Source of the DNA: a virus
Virus record (IMG/VR): IMGVR_UViG_3300013108_000188
Reading direction: 5' to 3' (one strand)
DNA length: 64,000 bases
Positions 9,997-16,828 of this stretch are shown piece after piece (the stretch's first letter is position 1; the number at the start of each line of letters is the position of its first letter). The notes beneath the pieces were generated by a model. The model was given only the letters and a program-made list of their open reading frames with translations, ran no database searches and was not told the origin of the DNA. Made by a program: the position numbers and the translations under genes.

Positions 9997-10455
9997 TTAT
10001 TGACCTTCATTTTTACCTTCTTTGGAAACTTCTTCCTTCTTCTCATCAACTTTCTTACCAATGTTATATTTAGCAGAAAGTATCCATTCTTTCTTTTCTT
10101 TAAATGGTAATACTTTTATTTGAGATAAAGGCGCTTTGTTTTCAGCTGCCTCTTTTTTTACAATGGAAATAAGGTTCCAATCTGCTAGTAATACTGCGAT
10201 TGTATTTCTTCTTTGTATATCGTTTTCGGTCAATGTAGCTTTCTTACCATCTAAAGCAAATAGTTCTTTGAAGTGAACAATGTAATATTTGCCTTGTTTA
10301 TGTAATATATGGCAAGATTGAAATAGTGTTTTGTCTTTCCTAGACGCCACGCCTATTCTTGTTAAAGTCTCTCTAACTTTAAGAAAGTCGTCAGGTTGCT
10401 TGATTGTTACCTCTAGCATATCATCTGGCGACCAGTTTAATGTGTCTGTCGTCAT
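9997..10455 (-). CDS. regA: RegA translational repressor
   Basis: DDFLKVRETLTRIGVASRK...QSCHILHKQGKYYIVHFKELFALDG. Confidence 0.97.
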   Translation of the reverse strand: MTTDTLNWSPDDMLEVTIKQPDDFLKVRETLTRIGVASRKDKTLFQSCHILHKQGKYYIVHFKELFALDGKKATLTENDIQRRNTIAVLLADWNLISIVKKEAAENKAPLSQIKVLPFKEKKEWILSAKYNIGKKVDEKKEEVSKEGKNEGQ

Positions 10456-10850
10456 TTTCTTTTATGTCTCCCACCCTTTTGCAAGGATTGTTTTATAGTT
10501 TCAATTTGTTTTCTAGTCAATATGCTGAGAGCGGATTTGGCTTTTTCATTACTATACCCATAATACTCTTTTACATACTCTATATCTTTAAGCTTTTCTG
10601 CTTTCAACCATTTAGCAAATCGCTTTTTCTTTCTTACTATATTTAGTAAAAAATGATATTGCATATTGTTAGGGAGAAAATGATACCCATTCATTTCGTT
10701 GGCAGCGATTAAGGTATCATAGTGATAAGACAGACATTTGTTGACCACAAACGCAGGATACTTCTTTTCCCAAAAGTAGTCTTCGGTATCCATTACATCC
10801 TTTTTAGTAAAGTTAATACTATTAAGGTATTCTTTTAACTCGTAAGCCAT
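10452..10850 (-). CDS. gp62: clamp loader small subunit (gp62)
   Basis: YPAFVVNKCLS, ANEMN, KKRFAKW, YYGYSNEKA; position between gp44 and regA. Confidence 0.95.
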   Translation of the reverse strand: MAYELKEYLNSINFTKKDVMDTEDYFWEKKYPAFVVNKCLSYHYDTLIAANEMNGYHFLPNNMQYHFLLNIVRKKKRFAKWLKAEKLKDIEYVKEYYGYSNEKAKSALSILTRKQIETIKQSLQKGGRHKRK

Positions 10851-11794
10851 TATTTAAACTTACAATTAGCCATTATCTCGGTTAAACAAGCGACCATATT
10901 GATTTCTTGGTCTGCGACAAAACCTGCCTTGTACTGATAACCTGCGATAACTAATACTGCTTGAGGTATTGATTTAGGGTCTAACGCCTTCCACAATACT
11001 TCATATAGATTTCTAAACATAGATGATGGTTCTTTATCTATATTCTGAATAACCCATTTACGCATATCATTAAATCTTTTTTCTTTTAATGTTGCGACTA
11101 ATTCCTTTGTGTTTGTTTCTGATAAACTAAACAATATCCCACTATCAATTTTACCTCTTACTGAATATCTTTGAAGTTCGTTGATAGTTCTTCTGAAATC
11201 TGGAAAGTGTTTTATAATAAGTTCTGCTAATACTTTCTTATCATAAGGTACTTTTTCATCATCTAATATAGTACCTAATCTAATCATCATAGCGTCAGCA
11301 CATTTTTTTCTATAACCATTTTTGATTGCAAAATCAACTACGGTACAACGACTATGTAATGCTGGGATTATTTTGTTTTTGAAATTGCAAGTAAATATAA
11401 ATCTACAATTCTTATAAAAAGTCTCTATAAAATTTCTTAAAGCAGGTTGAACACTATCGGCGTTCATATAATCTGCTTCATCAACTATTATAACTTTGTG
11501 ATTTGCTTCTTTGTCTAAAGAAACCGTACTTGCAAAAGATTTTATTTTAGTTCTTAATGTGTCAATTTGACGGCCTTCGTCTGACCCATTAATAATAAGA
11601 TAATCACATTTTAATTCTTCACATAAGGCACGAGCAACCGTTGTCTTACCTGTACCTGCTGTACCTGATAAGAGTAGATTACTTATCTCACCTTGTCTTA
11701 AAAAAGATTGAAATGTTTGTTTTGTATCTTCTGGAAGGATACAATCTTCAATTGTCTTTGGGCGATATTTTTCAACCCACAGAAAGTCTGCCAT
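10850..11794 (-). CDS. gp44: clamp loader large subunit (gp44)
   Basis: LWVEKYRP, GTAGTGKTT, DEAD, SRC. Confidence 0.97.
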   Translation of the reverse strand: MADFLWVEKYRPKTIEDCILPEDTKQTFQSFLRQGEISNLLLSGTAGTGKTTVARALCEELKCDYLIINGSDEGRQIDTLRTKIKSFASTVSLDKEANHKVIIVDEADYMNADSVQPALRNFIETFYKNCRFIFTCNFKNKIIPALHSRCTVVDFAIKNGYRKKCADAMMIRLGTILDDEKVPYDKKVLAELIIKHFPDFRRTINELQRYSVRGKIDSGILFSLSETNTKELVATLKEKRFNDMRKWVIQNIDKEPSSMFRNLYEVLWKALDPKSIPQAVLVIAGYQYKAGFVADQEINMVACLTEIMANCKFK

Positions 11795-11827
11795 AATATA
11801 TACTCCATAATAAAATTAAACAAAAAA

Positions 11828-12493
11828 TTATAATTCAGATTCAGGTTCTAAAGCAATCCAATATTGTACTGGTCTTGTTCTATTAACAAAATGTGAAATT
11901 TTTTGTTTTGAAATAGCAACATCATAGTCATCTTCTAACATTTTAAAGTTTTCTGCTTTAAAGTATGCCTTAAATTTCTTCGTACTAGTTCCTAAATCAA
12001 TATCAAACTTATTAGAAGCTTTGTTTTTTCTGTCTTCTGCAATAAGTTTCATAGTTTTACCATCGCCGATAACTCCGACATCTGGTAAGTTCAAAGTCAC
12101 CACACCTTTTTGAAGTCTAGCAAAATCAGCTTTCTTTAAAGTAAAAGAAACTTCTGTATCTGGCATAGTGATTGATTTTGTAGGTGCAACAATAACAGAT
12201 TCGTCAGCGAAAGTGTACTTACTTGTAGACCTTCCATCTTTTCCTGTAATACCTACACTTGAACCACCATTAAATTTTAAAGATGGTGCTTCAAATAAAT
12301 CTATTGTTCTTAAAAATTCAGGCAAATCATAGATAGCAAATTGCTCGCTAAAATCTTCTTTAATATCTGCCTGTGCTAAAATATTTTTCATAGTAGAAAT
12401 TGTATTTAATTTCTTACCTGGTTTGATTAAAATATTTTGGTTTATATTTGCAAAGTTTTTTAACATTGCAATCGTGTCATTTGATAAGTTCAT
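11828..12493 (-). CDS. gp45: sliding clamp (gp45)
   Basis: LKNFANINQNI, FAIYDLPEFL, YWIALE; synteny. Confidence 0.95.
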   Translation of the reverse strand: MNLSNDTIAMLKNFANINQNILIKPGKKLNTISTMKNILAQADIKEDFSEQFAIYDLPEFLRTIDLFEAPSLKFNGGSSVGITGKDGRSTSKYTFADESVIVAPTKSITMPDTEVSFTLKKADFARLQKGVVTLNLPDVGVIGDGKTMKLIAEDRKNKASNKFDIDLGTSTKKFKAYFKAENFKMLEDDYDVAISKQKISHFVNRTRPVQYWIALEPESEL

Positions 12494-12521
12494 ATCAATA
12501 TTTCTCCTTCATTATTTAAAC

Positions 12522-12550
12522 ATTATATTATAGTGTGTGTCGTTTGTCAA
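12522..12550 (-). promoter_or_regulatory. consensus sigma70 early promoter (gp45 operon)
   Basis: TTGACA-N17-TATAAT. Confidence 0.8.
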
Positions 12551-13095
12551 TAGCCACTTGTTAAATAATTGACAATATTTTCTGGTGTTGTTTCTACATA
12601 TGGGTCGCCATCATTACTTTCATTATTGATACCTGGTTCTTCCCACCAGTTTTCAACAACTCCGTCTTTGACTATTGCCATATATCTCCAACTTCTCATT
12701 CCAAAACCTTGTTTAGGTTTGTCAACTAACATACCCATAGCTCTTGTAAATTCTCCTGTGCCATCTGCAATCAATTTAACTTTTTTGATTCCACTATGAT
12801 GTGCCCAAGCATTCATAACAAACGAATCATTTACAGATACACAATACACTTCATCTATATTAGAAGTTCTTATCCTATCGTAATTTGATTCAAAACCAGG
12901 AAGTTGTTTTCCAGAACAAGTTGGTGTAAATGCACCAGGCAAACTGAATAAAACAACTCTCTTACCTTTAAAGTAATCATCGGTTGTCTTATTAATCCAC
13001 TCTCCACCAATAGGACATCCGCCTGAAGAATCAGTTGAATAATCGTCTCCTGTTCTTACACGAAATCTTACTAATGGTAATTCTTTATTTTTCAT
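12547..13095 (-). CDS. Prx5-type peroxiredoxin
   Basis: FSLPGAFTPTCS, SVNDSFVMNAW, GFGMRSWRY. Confidence 0.95.
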   Translation of the reverse strand: MKNKELPLVRFRVRTGDDYSTDSSGGCPIGGEWINKTTDDYFKGKRVVLFSLPGAFTPTCSGKQLPGFESNYDRIRTSNIDEVYCVSVNDSFVMNAWAHHSGIKKVKLIADGTGEFTRAMGMLVDKPKQGFGMRSWRYMAIVKDGVVENWWEEPGINNESNDGDPYVETTPENIVNYLTSGY

Positions 13096-13120
13096 CGATT
13101 CATTTCCTCATTATTCATAT

Positions 13121-13149
13121 AATATAACATAATCTATAAAAGAAGTCAA
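13121..13149 (-). promoter_or_regulatory. sigma70-type promoter for peroxiredoxin
   Basis: TTGACT-N17-TATATT with TG extended -10. Confidence 0.65.
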
Positions 13150-13174
13150 TAGGCCGTGGTTTATTACGGCCTAT
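13136..13174 (-). terminator. intrinsic terminator after hsp20
   Basis: 9-bp stem ATAGGCCGT/ACGGCCTAT followed by an interrupted T-rich tract. Confidence 0.65.
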
Positions 13175-13222
13175 CAACATTTAGCTAATTAGCGAAGCTA
13201 AAACGCCACTCCGCTGTATTAC

Positions 13223-13675
13223 TTATTTAATCTTAATAGTTCTAGGTTTCTTACCTTCAGGGACTATTTTAACTAAAGATACTCTTAAAAGACCGTCTTT
13301 AAGTTCAGCACCTTTTACTTCCACATCGTCAGCGATAGTAAAAGTTCTGCTAAAGTTTCTTTTAGCGATACCTTTATGAAGTACACCATCGTTGTCCTCA
13401 ACTTCTTGCGTTTCTTGGTCTTTCTTTGAAACGATTGTTAGAACATTGTCGGCATATTCAACAGAAACATCTTCTTTAGAATATCCTGCTAATGCGACTT
13501 CTATATCATAAGTCAGTTTACCTGTCTTTCTGATATTGTATGGTGGATAATTTGAGACTCTTGGAAAGTTTAAGTCTGTATCTAGCATTGACTCAAAATG
13601 GTCAAATACTGAATCGAAACCTACACTTATAGGTCTTAAATTATTAAAAAATTGAATTGCTTTTGAATTGGTCAT
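13223..13675 (-). CDS. small heat-shock protein Hsp20 (IbpA-like)
   Basis: YPPYNI, IEVALAG, LHKGIAKRNFSRTF, AELKDGLL, C-terminal IKI. Confidence 0.97.
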   Translation of the reverse strand: MTNSKAIQFFNNLRPISVGFDSVFDHFESMLDTDLNFPRVSNYPPYNIRKTGKLTYDIEVALAGYSKEDVSVEYADNVLTIVSKKDQETQEVEDNDGVLHKGIAKRNFSRTFTIADDVEVKGAELKDGLLRVSLVKIVPEGKKPRTIKIK

Positions 13676-13680
13676 AATTG

Positions 13681-13734
13681 AACCTCCTTTTGTTAAGCAA
13701 AGTTAATTTTCCGAGAACCCATTATGGCGTTCTC
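13681..13734 (-). promoter_or_regulatory. ROSE-like RNA thermometer in the hsp20 5' UTR
   Basis: Hairpin GAGAAC/GTTCTC, then AACTTTGCTT-AACAA-AAGGAGGTT, where UUGCU with a bulged G pairs with the SD. Confidence 0.6.
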
Positions 13735-13739
13735 TATAT

Positions 13740-13771
13740 TATTTATATAAGTACTATCTCAAAAATGTCAA
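13740..13771 (-). promoter_or_regulatory. overlapping sigma70 and T4-late promoters for hsp20
   Basis: TTGACA at 13766-13771; TATAAATA at 13740-13747. Confidence 0.7.
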
Positions 13772-13782
13772 GCACTTAATAT

Positions 13783-13920
13783 AAAAAAGTGGTGGTTTTT
13801 ACATAGACATATTCGTCTTATGAGGAGAACCACCTAAACTCCAGCGACACCGTATTTGATTTAATATCTGGTTACGGCGACCTTTTACGCTCTGCCAGGA
13901 CTTATGAATTGCCTAAGCAT
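13783..13920 (-). ncRNA. candidate structured small RNA with 3' pseudoknot
   Basis: Own promoter TTGCAA-N17-TATATT (13921-13949), several stems, pseudoknot GGAG/CTCC plus GGTGGTT/AACCACC, ends in a T-tract, no meaningful ORF. Confidence 0.55.
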
Positions 13921-13963
13921 AATATATATACAACTTCAACAAATTGCAACAGCGTAAAATACA

Positions 13964-14167
13964 TTAATATCCTCTTTGAGCCATCAGCTTTTTCTTATTT
14001 TTTAAGAAAGCTCTAGTCATTTCTTTTTTCTTACGATTCTTTTTGTCGCAAGGTTTTTCATAATATTGACGCTGACGCAGTTCTTTTAATCTGCCATCTT
14101 TCTGGAGTTTCTTCTTTAAAACTCTCATTGCTTGCTCAACATTATTATTTCTAACTACTACTAACAA
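13964..14167 (-). CDS. rpsU: 30S ribosomal protein bS21
   Basis: VVVRNNNVEQAMRVLKKKLQKDG...RQYYEKP; TTG start with GGAGG SD. Confidence 0.95.
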   Translation of the reverse strand: MLVVVRNNNVEQAMRVLKKKLQKDGRLKELRQRQYYEKPCDKKNRKKKEMTRAFLKNKKKLMAQRGY

Positions 14168-14181
14168 CTTTATTACCTCCT

Positions 14182-14622
14182 TTACACATAATTTGTACTA
14201 TAAAATTTTAAATATTTGTATTCTTCTGGTGACAAATCTTTAATAAAGACCATTTTTTCTTGGTCCATATATACATCATACCTAACTTCACCATTTTTTC
14301 TTTTGGTTTTTCCACATTTAAATCCTTCTTTTATCTCCCACATCCTAGCTTGAGGACTTCTATCTGTTGGACACTCAATCCAAATAAAACCTTTTTTACA
14401 TTTTTCTATTTGATTTAATTTTAAACTACAACAATTATTAACTACATACCTTGTTTGTGTTTTAATTTCTTTTCTTTTATCATCTACTAAAATATCTTTC
14501 TCCATATCAAATGGATTTAAAGATAGATGTATTTTATGACCTAGTGAAGAACAATGATTAGCATAAATCTTCTCTCCTAAATCTCCTAAAATTTTCATTC
14601 TTTCTTTTTCACTTATGTTCAT
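14182..14622 (-). CDS. hypothetical protein, possible PD-(D/E)xK nuclease
   Basis: GDLGE...KDILVD...EIKT spacing matches the restriction-endonuclease-like fold. Confidence 0.5.
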   Translation of the reverse strand: MNISEKERMKILGDLGEKIYANHCSSLGHKIHLSLNPFDMEKDILVDDKRKEIKTQTRYVVNNCCSLKLNQIEKCKKGFIWIECPTDRSPQARMWEIKEGFKCGKTKRKNGEVRYDVYMDQEKMVFIKDLSPEEYKYLKFYSTNYV

Positions 14623-15041
14623 TTCATATACCTTGTTAAAGCAGTTTCAATTTTAGTTTCATCAAAGAATAATGTCGCCTTGGTGTTTATAGTATCTCCA
14701 TTATATTTTGTTTTATATGCGTGGCAATTTCTACAAAGTGTTTGTACATTTTTAGGAACATTGTTCCATCTATCTCCATCTATATGGTCCATTTCTAACA
14801 TACAACTATCTTCAATCTTTGCTTCACACCAAATACCTAATCTTCCATCTTTATTCTCACAATAAGTTTTCTTATGTGGTGTAACCCCAGGTCTATTACG
14901 ACCTCCCATATGACATCTATAACACTCCGTTCTAACATCATAAGTACCGTTCTTATTTACCTTTCTGGTATGTACAGGACTTCCACAACCATCGTTGATA
15001 CAATCTGGTTTAAATTCTTTATAATGATTTTTCTTTATCAA
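14619..15041 (-). CDS. HNH endonuclease with Zn-binding cysteines
   Basis: MDHIDGDRWNNVPKNVQTLCRNCH; N-terminal Cys pairs. Confidence 0.85.
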   Translation of the reverse strand: MIKKNHYKEFKPDCINDGCGSPVHTRKVNKNGTYDVRTECYRCHMGGRNRPGVTPHKKTYCENKDGRLGIWCEAKIEDSCMLEMDHIDGDRWNNVPKNVQTLCRNCHAYKTKYNGDTINTKATLFFDETKIETALTRYMK

Positions 15042-15358
15042 TTGACTGCCTTACCTGTAAATGTTTCTTTTAATGCTTTTAATGGACTAGGGTCTGGTTC
15101 ATTAGATTCACTATCCATTAATAAAATTATATAATGAATTGCCTTTAATAAATCTTTACGATTTTTTCCATTTTTCTTTCCATATCTACACAAATATTTA
15201 ATAGCATTTGCCTGACAAAAATGTTTATCAATGTTCAGGTGTCTTAACATATCTTGGACTTGAAATCCGTCCTTTGTAGTACTATAATGTTCTCCATAAG
15301 TACCTTTTATATAATCTGAAATTTCTTTTATTATTTTATCTACATCTTTATATTTCAT
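15038..15358 (-). CDS. DUF3310-family protein (T7 gp1.7-like nucleotide kinase family)
   Basis: HY...FCQANAIKYLCRYGKKNG...DLLKAIHY. Confidence 0.8.
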   Translation of the reverse strand: MKYKDVDKIIKEISDYIKGTYGEHYSTTKDGFQVQDMLRHLNIDKHFCQANAIKYLCRYGKKNGKNRKDLLKAIHYIILLMDSESNEPDPSPLKALKETFTGKAVN

Positions 15359-15389
15359 ATATTCTCCGTGTGGTTAATTGTAGTCCTAT

Positions 15390-15420
15390 AAAAAGGTAGG
15401 GAGCCACTACACTCCCTACC
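15390..15420 (-). terminator. intrinsic terminator after the CobS-like gene
   Basis: GGTAGGGAG/CTCCCTACC stem followed by TTTTT. Confidence 0.75.
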
Positions 15421-15451
15421 AAGGACCACACTATTTAATGAATTTGGATAA

Positions 15452-16708
15452 TTAGACAAGGTCTTCCTGGTCTTCTTTATCGTCCTCATCATCATCGGAC
15501 TCCATTTGTTGTGCCTTCAAAGCGTCAGCTTTTTGTTGAGCAGCGATACTTTCGGCAGTTGCCCCAGCATCCACTTTCCCATACAGGTCAACAAAGGAAT
15601 TTTTTGTATCATCATCAAATCTATTAGTACATAGTTCAATCGCCTTCATCTTATTTCCAAAGATTGAATACGCCTGACATATGTGGACTAATCTTCTTGT
15701 TGATATAATCTCATCAACTCCACCATCAAAGTATGTTTTTCTAATCACATCTGCCCAAGTAGAAAGTTTTTCTACATAGGTTGTATCTTTTTTACCTGAT
15801 AGAGCAAGAGTATTATTTAATATCTTCTGTTCAGTTTTAGCAGAAGGATAAGTCTGTTCAAAGGTTACTGGAAATCTTTCCAAAAACGCCTCGTTCAGTA
15901 TGTTAGTTCCGATAAACTTACCATCATCACTACCTTGCCCTTTAGTATTGGCAGTAGCAACAACATTGAAACCAACTTTTGGTTTAACAAACTTGTTTAT
16001 CTTTTTAACATATACTCCGTTACCTTCAAGGATAGGTTGTAAGCACATTATCTTATTACTTGCAAGGTCAATCTCATCAAGTAATAGAATAGCACCTCTC
16101 TCCATCGCCTCTATAACTGGACCATTTTGCCATACGGTCTGACCATCTTTAAGTCTATAACCTCCCAGCAAATCGTCCTCATCTGTTTCAATTGTAATGT
16201 TAACTCTAATCATTTCTCTTTTAGACTCAGCACACGCCTGAACAACAGAAAAAGTTTTACCATTTCCTGAAAGACCTGTGATGAATATAGGATAAAATTT
16301 ATTAGATTTAATTATGTTTCTAACATCTGGATGGTTACCAAATGATACGAAACTTTTATCTTTATTCGGAACAATGTTTCCTTCTAAAGATGAAATAACA
16401 TATGCCGCTTCTTTTTTAGTAGCAGATACATTGTTAATTTGAGTATCATCTGGAACATTATCCTTGTCTTTATTGTCATCTAATACATCTGGTTTAGTAT
16501 CAAGTACTAACTTCTCATCTATATCAGGCAACTTAAATAAACCTTTACCAATTTTGTAGTGTTTATTTTTTGTTAACCATTGAGGTGCATAAGCATAACC
16601 AAATTTTTTATTGGCAGCTTTCAACTCATTAGTAGTTAACTCAACTTTGCCGTACATTTGGAATGCACTTTTAACAAAGTCTTTTTGTTTTGAGTTCAAA
16701 GTTATCAT
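15452..16708 (-). CDS. cobS: CobS-like (MoxR-type) AAA+ ATPase
   Basis: GLSGNGKT, DEDDLLGG, LLLDEID, ATANTKGQG, NEAFLERF, ISTRRL. Confidence 0.92.
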   Translation of the reverse strand: MITLNSKQKDFVKSAFQMYGKVELTTNELKAANKKFGYAYAPQWLTKNKHYKIGKGLFKLPDIDEKLVLDTKPDVLDDNKDKDNVPDDTQINNVSATKKEAAYVISSLEGNIVPNKDKSFVSFGNHPDVRNIIKSNKFYPIFITGLSGNGKTFSVVQACAESKREMIRVNITIETDEDDLLGGYRLKDGQTVWQNGPVIEAMERGAILLLDEIDLASNKIMCLQPILEGNGVYVKKINKFVKPKVGFNVVATANTKGQGSDDGKFIGTNILNEAFLERFPVTFEQTYPSAKTEQKILNNTLALSGKKDTTYVEKLSTWADVIRKTYFDGGVDEIISTRRLVHICQAYSIFGNKMKAIELCTNRFDDDTKNSFVDLYGKVDAGATAESIAAQQKADALKAQQMESDDDEDDKEDQEDLV

Positions 16709-16759
16709 AATGTAGTCTCTCCTTTTTTTGTTAACTTTATTTCTTTCATTGTTAAGTAT

Positions 16760-16788
16760 ATGCTATCAAAATTGGGTATCATTGTCAA
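16760..16788 (-). promoter_or_regulatory. sigma70-type early promoter (cobS)
   Basis: AGTGC-TTGACA-N17-TAGCAT with TG extension and an A-rich UP region. Confidence 0.65.
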
Positions 16789-16828
16789 GCACTTTTTTCC
16801 CTTATTTTTCAATAGTTTTTTCATATAC

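Noticed and set aside
13175-13216. SAM-II/SAM-V riboswitch (pseudoknot containing GCTAAA)
   Set aside because: The conserved ligand-binding loop sequence is not evident, and the element sits in a 3' UTR before a terminator. Kept only as a generic pseudoknot.
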